Shown: positions 10,029 through 18,775 of the stretch, in pieces | Layout: every line of letters begins with the position of its first letter | Numbering within the stretch: the first letter of the stretch is position 1 | Source: Bacteroidota bacterium | Lineage (GTDB): Bacteria; Bacteroidota; Ignavibacteria; Kapaibacteriales; Kapaibacteriaceae | Assembly (NCBI GenBank): GCA_039795225.1 | Contig: JBDKEN010000001.1 | Coordinates: 85,610-149,609, forward strand | DNA length: 64,000 nucleotides | Direction: 5' to 3' | Notes under the pieces: model-generated | Database searches by the model: none | What the model saw: the letters and a program-made list of their open reading frames with translations, nothing else | What the model was told of the DNA's origin: nothing | Position numbers and translations under genes: made by a program

Positions 10029-10723
10029 GCAGCCAGTCGATCATCGAGATTTCGAATCTTGTAAAGCGCTACGAGATGGGCGACGAAGAGGTCTACGCTC
10101 TTCGTGATGTCTCACTCACGATCGGACACAACGAATATGTTGCGATCATGGGGCCGAGCGGTTCAGGCAAATCGACGCTCATGAACATGCTTGGATGTTT
10201 GGATACGCCAACATCAGGGACCTATCTCTTCAGTGGACACAATGTCCGCGAGATGGACGATGACGATCTGGCTGAGATTCGCAATCGCGAAATCGGCTTT
10301 GTGTTCCAGACCTTCAACCTGTTGCCGCGAGCTACGGCGCTGCAGAATGTTGAGCTTCCCCTCGTGTACAGCGGTGTCAGCAAGGAAGAACGTCAGCGTC
10401 GTGCGCAAGAGGCCCTTGAACGAGTTCAGCTTGCAGACCGGATGACGCACAAGCCCAATGAGCTCTCCGGCGGTCAACGTCAGCGTGTGGCAATCGCTCG
10501 TGCGATTGTGACAGCCCCCTCCATCATTCTTGCCGACGAGCCGACGGGGAATCTGGATACCAAGACTGGACATGACATCATGGCATTGTTCCGTGATCTC
10601 TGGCAGGCTGGCAACACCGTTATTCTCGTGACACACGAAGAAGACATCGCGCGGCATGCACGTCGCATCATCCGCCTGCGTGATGGCCGCATTGAAACTG
10701 ATACGGTGAACCCAGATGCGTAG
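10025..10723 (+). CDS. ABC transporter ATP-binding protein (MacB/LolD type)
   Basis: Walker [10 protein letters not shown], signature LSGGQRQR and Walker [12 protein letters not shown]. 4-nt overlap with the adaptor gene. Confidence 0.95.
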   Translation: MSSQSIIEISNLVKRYEMGDEEVYALRDVSLTIGHNEYVAIMGPSGSGKSTLMNMLGCLDTPTSGTYLFSGHNVREMDDDDLAEIRNREIGFVFQTFNLLPRATALQNVELPLVYSGVSKEERQRRAQEALERVQLADRMTHKPNELSGGQRQRVAIARAIVTAPSIILADEPTGNLDTKTGHDIMALFRDLWQAGNTVILVTHEEDIARHARRIIRLRDGRIETDTVNPDA

Positions 10724-11978
10724 AATCTCCGAGGTCTCCGAATCAATCCGCATTGCTGTAGAATCACTACGGATGAATCTACTGCGTTCGATCCTCACCA
10801 CAGCCGGTGTTGTCGTTGGTGTTGTTCTCGTCGTAGTGATGGGTTGGACAATCGGCGGACTCGATGCCGTGTGGGAGAAGACCATCTCGATCATCGGTAA
10901 AGACATGCTGTATATCGACAAGTGGGACTGGACTGGACGCGGAAATTGGAGGTCTCTGGAGTCGCGCAAAGACATTACCCTCCAGCATGCTGAGCTCTTG
11001 AAGCAGAAAATGGAATCATCTGAATACGTGATTCCAATTGCCCGCACTTGGGGTGGTTCTGTTGTTCGTGGCAACACGAGTCTTCGGTGCAGCATTAGCG
11101 GGACAACCACAGAGTATGGAAACACGTCAGCCGCCGAGCTCACTACGGGTCGGTTCTTCACCTCAATCGAAGAAGTGCGTGGTGAGAAAGTTGTCGTGAT
11201 CGGCCACGGAGTAGCCAAGAGTTTATTCAACGAACAAGACCCGGTCGGACAGCTTATCAAAATCTCGTCCGTCCCCTATCGAATCATTGGAGTCATCGAA
11301 AAGCGTGGATTCCTGTTTATGGATTTCATCGATAACCAGGTCTTCATTCCCCTTGCAGCATTTCGAAGTACGATCGGCATGTTCGAACGGAGTGTTTCTG
11401 TCGGTCTGAAGGCTGGTAGCGAGCGCATGCTCGCTGTTGTGCGAACCGAAGCAATCGGACATATGCGGGCGATTCGTAATGTCCCACCGGGATCCGCTGA
11501 TGACTTTTCGATCAATGAAATGCAAGCCTTTGATGAGCAGGCCAAGAACATCCGTGTTGGGATATGGATCGTTGGAATGGGGCTTACCATTCTCGCCTTT
11601 ATCGTGGGCTCGATTGGCATCATGAACATCATGTACGTATCGGTGACCGAGCGTACGAAGGAGATTGGAGTGCGGAAGGCAATTGGGGCCCGACGCAGCT
11701 CGATTTTGCTGCAGTTCCTCATCGAGTCGGCGATGCTCTGTGTAATTGGTGCCGTGATTGCCTTCCCAATTGCACAACTCATCGTTGGATCGGCTCGCTT
11801 CCTTGCTGTCGATGTACTTCATCAAGAATGGGCAAGCGTGGTGAGCCCCTTTGTACCGCTCGACCTACTTGGCATTGCCGTAGGAGTTTCGATCGTTGTC
11901 GGACTCGCTGCAGGATTTTTGCCAGCACTCAAGGCGTCGCGACTTGACCCCGTGGAAGCATTGAGGTTCGAGCAATGA
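10716..11978 (+). CDS. ABC transporter permease, FtsX/MacB-type
   Basis: 420 aa with an N-terminal TM helix, a large periplasmic domain and a C-terminal FtsX-type TM bundle carrying [14 protein letters not shown]. 8-nt overlap with the ATPase gene. Confidence 0.9.
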   Translation: MRRISEVSESIRIAVESLRMNLLRSILTTAGVVVGVVLVVVMGWTIGGLDAVWEKTISIIGKDMLYIDKWDWTGRGNWRSLESRKDITLQHAELLKQKMESSEYVIPIARTWGGSVVRGNTSLRCSISGTTTEYGNTSAAELTTGRFFTSIEEVRGEKVVVIGHGVAKSLFNEQDPVGQLIKISSVPYRIIGVIEKRGFLFMDFIDNQVFIPLAAFRSTIGMFERSVSVGLKAGSERMLAVVRTEAIGHMRAIRNVPPGSADDFSINEMQAFDEQAKNIRVGIWIVGMGLTILAFIVGSIGIMNIMYVSVTERTKEIGVRKAIGARRSSILLQFLIESAMLCVIGAVIAFPIAQLIVGSARFLAVDVLHQEWASVVSPFVPLDLLGIAVGVSIVVGLAAGFLPALKASRLDPVEALRFEQ

Positions 11979-13222
11979 ACGCCTTTGAATCCGTTTCAAT
12001 TGCGCTTGATGCCGTGCGCTCGCAGAAGCTCCGATCCGGGCTCACGCTGCTCAGCATCGGAATTGGTGTGTTTGCGATCATCGCAGCTACGTCGATCATG
12101 TCAACCCTCAACCGCGCCGTCACGGGTCAGCTGGCAGATCTCGGCGAGAACTCCCTCTTGATCCAGCGGACACCATCGATAAACTTTGGGACGAACTGGG
12201 CCAAAATGCGTCGACGGAAGAACATTACCTACATGCAGGCCAAGGAGTTCCGCGACCGGATGGCAACAACGTCCATGATTGCTATCAGCAATGAGAATCC
12301 AGGCCAGACGATCAAGGCTGGAGACGCATCAACGAATCCTGACGTGACGTTGATTGGAATTGACGATATGTACTTTATCGTGAACGCGGTGTCGGTTTCC
12401 TCTGGTCGCCCCGTTACCGATGCCGAGGTAAACACCTCGCGACCCGTTGCAATCATTGGCCAGGATATCGTCACCGCACTCTTTCCCCGTGTTGACCCGA
12501 TCGGGCAGACCATTGCGATCAAGAACCAGTCGTTTACAGTCATCGGCGTCCTCACCAAAAAAGGGGGCGTCATGGGACAAAGTCAGGATAACCGTGTTCT
12601 CATTCCGATAACGGTCTTTAACAAGTACTTCACGTGGGAATGGGATGCGAGTGTCGACATCTCCGTGAAGGCATTGAATACGATGATGCTTCCAGTGACG
12701 TTGGATGAGGCAACTGGTATCATGCGCGCCTTGCGCGGTGTGAAGCCATGGGAAGAGAACAGTTTTGAAATCGATGCCAACGATGCCCTGACCGGTCAGT
12801 TTGCCGGTTTTACAACGGCTCTACTTGCTGTTGCGTGGATTAGCGGACTTGGTGCACTCATTGCTGCCGGAATTGGCATCATGAACATGATGCTCGTTAG
12901 CGTAAAAGAGCGCACACGGGAGATTGGCGTACGGAAGGCGCTAGGTGCTCGCAAACGGTGGATTGTGCGGCAGTTCCTGATTGAGAGTATTACACTGTGT
13001 CAGCTTGGTGGCATGACAGGAATGGCTGGAGGAATTCTTGCCTCGTGGGGCGTTACAGAGCTTCTCAGAATGAGTAACATGCCAACGCTCACCTATGTCT
13101 TCCCAACCTCGACAGTGATTTTCAGCGTGGTAATTTGCACGGTGATCGGTCTTGGGTTTGGCATCTACCCCGCCTGGCGCGCCGCAAATCTTGATCCGAT
13201 CGAAGCCCTGCGCTACGAGTGA
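11975..13222 (+). CDS. ABC transporter permease, FtsX/MacB-type (second copy)
   Basis: 415 aa with the same layout and motif ERTREIGVRKALGA. 4-nt overlap with the first permease gene. Confidence 0.9.
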   Translation: MNAFESVSIALDAVRSQKLRSGLTLLSIGIGVFAIIAATSIMSTLNRAVTGQLADLGENSLLIQRTPSINFGTNWAKMRRRKNITYMQAKEFRDRMATTSMIAISNENPGQTIKAGDASTNPDVTLIGIDDMYFIVNAVSVSSGRPVTDAEVNTSRPVAIIGQDIVTALFPRVDPIGQTIAIKNQSFTVIGVLTKKGGVMGQSQDNRVLIPITVFNKYFTWEWDASVDISVKALNTMMLPVTLDEATGIMRALRGVKPWEENSFEIDANDALTGQFAGFTTALLAVAWISGLGALIAAGIGIMNMMLVSVKERTREIGVRKALGARKRWIVRQFLIESITLCQLGGMTGMAGGILASWGVTELLRMSNMPTLTYVFPTSTVIFSVVICTVIGLGFGIYPAWRAANLDPIEALRYE

Positions 13223-13246
13223 CGCCTGTCACTCGTAACTTGTCGC

Positions 13247-14626
13247 ATGGTAGGACATCTTTTTGCACCGGAAATTGAACAGCTGGTGGCCGCACGCGAC
13301 TTTGCGACCATCCGTGAGGTGTGCAAAGAGTGGGATGCCGTCGAGCTAGCTGAGCTTGTTGCCGGACTCAAAGAAGAGAGCCGCGTCGTTGTCTTTCGTC
13401 TTCTACCAAAGCATCTCGCTGCGGAGACGTTCTCGTACAGTGACTTCGACACCCAGCAGGAGCTCGTGCACGATATGGCGCGAGAGGAAGTCGGAGCCCT
13501 GCTCAATGAGATGTCGCCCGACGACCGAACACAGTTATTCGAGGACCTGCCGGGCAATGTTGTATCGGAGTTGATCAACTCGCTGAGCGTCGAAGAACGG
13601 TCAGTAGCGCTTGCACTCCTGAATTGGCCGGAAGATTCAATCGGACGTCTTATGACGCCCGACTATGTCATCGTGAAGCGCCATTGGACAATCCAACAGG
13701 CACTCGACCATATCCGGAACTACGGCAAGGATTCTGAGACGCTCAACTACGTCTATGTGACCGAACATGGCACGTTGCTGGACGACATTCATATTCGCGA
13801 AGTCTTGCTTGCGCCTCCACAGAAGGCGATCTCGGAAATCATGGACCATCGGTTCGACTCTCTGCTTGCAACCGACGATCAAGAGACAGCGGTGAAGACC
13901 TTCAAGCGACTTGACCGATTTGCTCTACCTGTTGTGGACATCGACAACAAGCTTCTTGGAATCGTGACGTTGGACGACGTCCTCGATATTGCCGAAGAGC
14001 AAGCAACGGAAGAGATGCAGAAGTTCGGCGCTGTCCAGGCGCTTGATGACTCGTACATCGACGTGCCGCTCGCTGAGCTGATACGAAAACGCGCCACATG
14101 GCTTGTCGTTCTCTTTGTTGGCGGCTTTCTAACAGCCACGGCAATGTCAGCCTTCGAAGCGACGATCGACCAAGCGGTCATTCTAGCGTTATTCTTGCCC
14201 CTTATCATCTCATCAGGGGGTAACTCGGGTTCACAGGCTGCGACGCTCATCGTGCGAGCGTTGGCGCTTGGAGAGGTAACCCTCTCTGACTGGTGGCAGA
14301 TTATGCGTCGCGAGCTTGCCGCCGGATTGGTACTCGGTCTGATCCTCGGCGTTCTCGGCTTTGCACGGATCATGATCGGTCAAGCCATTGATGACACGTA
14401 CGATCCGGTAAACACACCCCTTATCGCTACAGTCATTGCGATTTCCCTGGTAGGAATTGTTGTTGCGGGAACACTCGCGGGCTCCATGCTTCCCCTTCTC
14501 ATGAAGCGTCTGGGATTTGATCCTGCGGCATCAAGCGCGCCATTTGTCGCGACCTTCAGTGATGTGACGGGAATCATCATCTATTTTACGATTGCCACGC
14601 TGCTCTTGCGCGGAGTACTGCTGTAA
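13247..14626 (+). CDS. mgtE: Magnesium transporter MgtE
   Basis: 459 aa with an MgtE N-domain, tandem CBS-like region and a C-terminal 5-TM domain carrying the SSGGNSGSQ motif. Confidence 0.95.
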   Translation: MVGHLFAPEIEQLVAARDFATIREVCKEWDAVELAELVAGLKEESRVVVFRLLPKHLAAETFSYSDFDTQQELVHDMAREEVGALLNEMSPDDRTQLFEDLPGNVVSELINSLSVEERSVALALLNWPEDSIGRLMTPDYVIVKRHWTIQQALDHIRNYGKDSETLNYVYVTEHGTLLDDIHIREVLLAPPQKAISEIMDHRFDSLLATDDQETAVKTFKRLDRFALPVVDIDNKLLGIVTLDDVLDIAEEQATEEMQKFGAVQALDDSYIDVPLAELIRKRATWLVVLFVGGFLTATAMSAFEATIDQAVILALFLPLIISSGGNSGSQAATLIVRALALGEVTLSDWWQIMRRELAAGLVLGLILGVLGFARIMIGQAIDDTYDPVNTPLIATVIAISLVGIVVAGTLAGSMLPLLMKRLGFDPAASSAPFVATFSDVTGIIIYFTIATLLLRGVLL

Positions 14627-14635
14627 CCTAGCCTC

Positions 14636-16468
14636 TCATCGACTGAGGATCCCAACGATCCATGCCGAAACATAGGCCAAAACGAACGTGATCACAAATG
14701 CGATCGCTGGCCACTTCCACGAGCCAGTTTCTCGCTTCATGATGGCCATGGTGCTGATGCACTGCAGTGCGAAAACGTAAAACGCCAGCAAGGAGAGTCC
14801 AACCGAGAGCGGGTATCGCGCGCGTAGTACCTCTCGAAGCTGCGTATCGCTCTCTTGGACATCAGATGCATAGATCTGCCCCATTGCCGCGACAAAGGTC
14901 TCCCGTGCGGCAAACGAGCTGATGATACCAAGTGTTACGCGCCAGTCGAATCCAAGGGGCTCGAACACCGGCTGGATCGTTCGTCCAAGGTCGGCCGCAT
15001 ATGACTGTTCGATCTGGATGCGGGAGGCGTCCACGGGCGATACAGCACCCGACACATCGGCGCGCGGCAGCTCGGTGAGAATCCACAAGGCAATGCTGAA
15101 GCCAAGGATGACAGTGCCGGCCGTCGTGAGGAAGTCCTTACTGCGGTTGACCATCGTCACCCCGATGCTCTTGGCCGACGGCAGACGATATGGCGGGAAC
15201 TCAATGAGAAACGGCACTGCACCACCGCGGAACATCGTGCGCTTGAGCACGAGTGCAATGAGCAATCCACTCACCGCTCCAGCAGCGTACAATGATGCCA
15301 TCACGACTGCCTGCAATGAGAAGACACCGAGGACTGTCGTAGCAGGAATCATCGCACCGATGAGGAGCAGATATACTGGTAGACGCGCCGAACAGGTCAT
15401 CAAGGGTGTGGCCATGATGGTCGCCATGCGGTCGCGATACGATGGGATGATCCGAGCGGACATGATGCCGGGGATTGCGCAGGCAAATGATCCGAGCAGT
15501 GGGATAAAGGATCGACCCTGTAGTCCAAACAGTCCCATGGCGCGGTCGACAAGAAAAGCGGCTCGTGCCAGATATCCGCACTCTTCGAGGAAGGTGACCA
15601 AGAGATTCAAGAGTAAGATCTGTGGCAGGAATACGACCACGGATCCAACTCCTCCGATGATACCATTGATTACGAATGAAGCGAGCAGTGGATTCGAGAT
15701 TGATTGTTCAAGCAGTGCCTGCAATGAACCCACTCCGGCATCGATGAGATCCATAAGGGGCTGAGCCCACGTGAAGATGGACTGAAAGAAGAGTCCCATT
15801 ACCACGATGAAGGTTAGTGTGCCCCACACGGGATGAAGGAGCACAGCATCAAGTCGGGCACTGCGCGTATCAGCCTTCCCCTCAACAAGCACATCTGCAC
15901 ATACTGAACGGGACCAGGCAAAGCGCTTGACGATGTCAGCATCAAGATCTACAACAGCCTTTGGCACGGACCACTCAGCACGAAGAAGCCCATCTCGCAG
16001 ATCACCGACACCAATACCCTTGCGTCCGACAACGGCATGCACAGGAACACCAAGTGCATGACTCAGCGTAATGTCGTCAAACACCCCTCCCCGCCCCTTG
16101 ACAGTATCGACCATGGTCGACGCGATGATCATGGGTAAACCAAGCTGTGAAAGGTGACTAAACAGCACGAGACACTTCTCTGGTGCCGAGGCATTCATCA
16201 CGAGCAGAATGGCATCTGGAGCCTGAATCGACGGATGGCGTCCAGCAAGAACATCGATGGAAAGACGCTCATCTTCCGACGTCGCAACCATACCGTAGAT
16301 GCCTGGTAGATCAATGAGTTCAACCGATGTCGCTCCCTCGGTGATCCGCCCAACAAGGGGCTCAACAGTCACCCCAGGGAAATTTCCCACGCGCTGCTGC
16401 AACCCTGTCAGTTCATTGAACAGGGTCGACTTTCCAACATTCGGGGTGCCGACTACAGCAACACGCAT
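14636..16468 (-). CDS. feoB: Ferrous iron transporter FeoB
   Basis: The in-frame ATG at 16468 gives MRVAVVGTPNVGKSTLFN (G1 motif), followed by a polytopic membrane domain. The longer track start at 16687 overlaps feoA and is rejected. Confidence 0.95.
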   Translation of the reverse strand: MRVAVVGTPNVGKSTLFNELTGLQQRVGNFPGVTVEPLVGRITEGATSVELIDLPGIYGMVATSEDERLSIDVLAGRHPSIQAPDAILLVMNASAPEKCLVLFSHLSQLGLPMIIASTMVDTVKGRGGVFDDITLSHALGVPVHAVVGRKGIGVGDLRDGLLRAEWSVPKAVVDLDADIVKRFAWSRSVCADVLVEGKADTRSARLDAVLLHPVWGTLTFIVVMGLFFQSIFTWAQPLMDLIDAGVGSLQALLEQSISNPLLASFVINGIIGGVGSVVVFLPQILLLNLLVTFLEECGYLARAAFLVDRAMGLFGLQGRSFIPLLGSFACAIPGIMSARIIPSYRDRMATIMATPLMTCSARLPVYLLLIGAMIPATTVLGVFSLQAVVMASLYAAGAVSGLLIALVLKRTMFRGGAVPFLIEFPPYRLPSAKSIGVTMVNRSKDFLTTAGTVILGFSIALWILTELPRADVSGAVSPVDASRIQIEQSYAADLGRTIQPVFEPLGFDWRVTLGIISSFAARETFVAAMGQIYASDVQESDTQLREVLRARYPLSVGLSLLAFYVFALQCISTMAIMKRETGSWKWPAIAFVITFVLAYVSAWIVGILSR

Positions 16469-16475
16469 GCAATGC

Positions 16476-16757
16476 TCACCCGACGTTGGCAGCAGTGTTC
16501 TGACGACGCATGAGTTGCTGGTGGGCAGCATCAAGAACTTCGACCAGGATCGATAGCTCGTTACCAAGACGTACACCAAGCCGCGAGCGTCCCATCGAAA
16601 TCTCGACAGGTCCATCAAATGGGGCTCGGCGTTCAATCGAACAGCAGACGCCCTCCACAAGGCCCAACTCGTTTGCACGACGCACACACGAATCGTCCCC
16701 AGTAACTGAGAGAATCCTGCATTGCGTCCCCACGGGACATGTGTGTAGCGGCTTCAT
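16476..16757 (-). CDS. feoA: Ferrous iron transport protein FeoA
   Basis: ATG at 16757 gives a 93-aa FeoA-like protein (MKPLHTCPVGTQCRILSVTGDD..ELGLVEG..). The first 24 codons of the track ORF (MKPETRNLKPETC..) begin inside the heptamer array, which supplies the repetitive start, and also span the candidate promoter box. Confidence 0.85.
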   Translation of the reverse strand: MKPLHTCPVGTQCRILSVTGDDSCVRRANELGLVEGVCCSIERRAPFDGPVEISMGRSRLGVRLGNELSILVEVLDAAHQQLMRRQNTAANVG

Positions 16758-16777
16758 ATGTTTATTTGGACTGAATC

Positions 16778-16785
16778 CAAAGATA
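16778..16785 (-). promoter_or_regulatory. Candidate -7 promoter box TATCTTTG upstream of feoA
   Basis: The + strand CAAAGATA is TATCTTTG on the - strand, a perfect TAnnTTTG. It lies 20 nt before the feoA ATG and 8 nt after the heptamer array. Confidence 0.4.
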
Positions 16786-16793
16786 CGGAAACA

Positions 16794-16828
16794 GGTTTCA
16801 GGTTTCAGGTTTCGGGTTTCAGGTTTCA
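16794..16828. repeat. Tandem heptamer array: 5 units, GGTTTCA x4 with one GGTTTCG variant at position 3
   Basis: Units at 16794, 16801, 16808 (GGTTTCG), 16815 and 16822. The last unit contains the TGA stop (TCA on the + strand, 16826-16828) of the OmpA-like gene. Confidence 0.9.
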
Positions 16829-18775
16829 TTTTATAGGTACGACGGCTGTGATCCTTACCACACGCTGCAGCATGCGTTCTTCGGGTAGACGCTGACTCTG
16901 CGAGGTGCCGGGCTCGCCGCGGCCGACGGCTGTTACACGACCCGGGAGCTGGGCGGCAACGGCGCGGGCTCGCTCAAGACTGATGCGATCGTTATCCTCG
17001 GTGGTGCCAATGATGTCCGTGTAGCCCTCCACCTGGATGCGGGCCCCTTTGCCTACGCGGCTCCGCACGAATTCCATCACGCGTCGGTGCTCATCGGTCA
17101 GCTCGGCACTGCGGAACGGAAACACAACAAGTTCAAATCGCTCAATGATGCTGTCGTTTTGACGCTCACGACGCTTGTCAATGAGACGTATGGTCTTGAT
17201 GGCAAGCTCAAGCGTGTCCGATACAGAAGCCCCCTTATGATCGCCGGACAGGGAGAGGCGAAGCTTGCCGCCCTGGATGAGCTCGCGCGCAGCCGCACCA
17301 TCGGGCGTGAAGACGATGTCGTTGGTCAGTGGCCGTGACGATGAGTCTACACGATCATCATTGACCCGCAGACTCCAGCGGTTGATCGGCGTGCCATCAC
17401 TCGAGCGCGCCTTTACCGTCACGCTCGGCGGCGTCATTGCGCCTACGGTGTCGGCTGTTCTGAAAGGAGCTAGCACATCGCTGTTGGATGACGTGATCTC
17501 CACGCGTCGGTTCTCCTCATCGGCAAGGGGCGCTTCAGTGCCGGTAGCGATCGATGCATTCACCGGAAGACGTCGCGCGCGGACCTTTACGCGCTTTGCG
17601 GCAATGCCGTATCCCTGTGTAAGTGCCGAAGCAACCGAGCGTGCCCTACGCAGTGCGATGGTTGTATCGGGGTCGTCGCTTGCACACGTGCCGACAAGCG
17701 TGACGTCTGAAGTTGGGAACTGTCGCATCCGCTCGGCAACAACCGACAGCAGACGATGGTGGAATTGCACCGGTGTGAGCCGCGCCGAGATTGCAGCCGA
17801 TGACGATGATGTCTCATATCGGTTCGGGATCACGTCCGAGCCCCGTTCAAAGAACACGTACGGCAGGATCGGCTGGTAGCGTTCTTCTTCGATCTCTTCG
17901 ATGCGTATCGCCTCGCGCACATCAGCCGACAGCTCGACGCCATACGTGTCCTGCTTGGGTTGCTGCACCGGAGTCTTGGGTGTCTCGGTCTTCGTGACTA
18001 CCGTCTGCGCGGGCTTCTGCGGCTCTGGTCTGCGCGCAGGGGGCTGAGCGGGCACGGTTCCGAACTCGTAGGACAGCCGCAGTCCGATCGACGGAACCGT
18101 GATGGTCCAGTCGGTGACGGACGTCAGATTCGCAAAGCCCCAGGCAAGCCCAACCTCGGGTGTAAGACGCCAGCTGCGTTGCCTATTCAGTGCGATGTCC
18201 AGGCCGACCGAGCTGACGCCGTAGAGCGTGCCGCTCAAGGACTCTGGCACGTTACCACTGCGGACGTTTCGCACGTTCGAGCGGGTATCGGCGAACAACG
18301 CGCCCGATGGTGCGGTAATCTCCTCGCGTGCACGCAAACGTCCGAAGGTGCGCGCTGCATAGCCCCCTCCCAAGCGTACAACGAGATTGCTCCACCGATA
18401 GCCGAGCGACGTCTCAATGCCATACTCGCTCAGCGGTGTTTCGATGCTGTGCGTTATCGCTCCCTGGACGATCGCATTGCCAACGATGATGTCCTGAACC
18501 TCGGTGGTCGAAAGCGTGTGTGAGCGGTCACTGAAGGCAAGGCGCACACTGCCGAAGAGTGAGCTCCAAACGGGAACATCAACGCCCACGCTGAGCTGTC
18601 CGCCCGTGCCCGAGCCCCCATCGAAGGATGGACAGCACGACGGGAACCCGGGCAGTTGCCGGAACGATGCACTAGCCGTGGTGAAGCCAACGGACGTTCC
18701 GGCATCGAGGCGGATCTGTGCAATGACAGATGTGAACTGAAGAACGACAATGCCGATGACAACGAATGCTCTCAT
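16826..18775 (-). CDS. Outer-membrane protein: N-terminal beta-strand-rich domain plus two OmpA_C-like peptidoglycan-binding domains
   Basis: ATG at 18775 (MRAFVVIGIVVLQFTSVIAQ signal peptide) overlaps the upstream stop (ATGA). A ~250-aa beta-rich region and a P/K/Q-rich linker precede two OmpA_C-like segments (..EENRRVEITS.. and ..VEGYTDIIGTTEDNDRISLERARAV..). Confidence 0.85.
   Translation of the reverse strand: MRAFVVIGIVVLQFTSVIAQIRLDAGTSVGFTTASASFRQLPGFPSCCPSFDGGSGTGGQLSVGVDVPVWSSLFGSVRLAFSDRSHTLSTTEVQDIIVGNAIVQGAITHSIETPLSEYGIETSLGYRWSNLVVRLGGGYAARTFGRLRAREEITAPSGALFADTRSNVRNVRSGNVPESLSGTLYGVSSVGLDIALNRQRSWRLTPEVGLAWGFANLTSVTDWTITVPSIGLRLSYEFGTVPAQPPARRPEPQKPAQTVVTKTETPKTPVQQPKQDTYGVELSADVREAIRIEEIEEERYQPILPYVFFERGSDVIPNRYETSSSSAAISARLTPVQFHHRLLSVVAERMRQFPTSDVTLVGTCASDDPDTTIALRRARSVASALTQGYGIAAKRVKVRARRLPVNASIATGTEAPLADEENRRVEITSSNSDVLAPFRTADTVGAMTPPSVTVKARSSDGTPINRWSLRVNDDRVDSSSRPLTNDIVFTPDGAAARELIQGGKLRLSLSGDHKGASVSDTLELAIKTIRLIDKRRERQNDSIIERFELVVFPFRSAELTDEHRRVMEFVRSRVGKGARIQVEGYTDIIGTTEDNDRISLERARAVAAQLPGRVTAVGRGEPGTSQSQRLPEERMLQRVVRITAVVPIK

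Noticed and set aside
10214-11260. 348-aa minus-strand ORF
   Set aside because: It is antisense to the strongly supported ABC ATPase and FtsX permease genes. The translation is low-complexity (S/R/P/T rich) with no motifs.
14922-15764. 280-aa + strand ORF
   Set aside because: Antisense to feoB, Arg/Ser/Ala-rich, with no motifs. A typical shadow ORF in GC-rich coding DNA.
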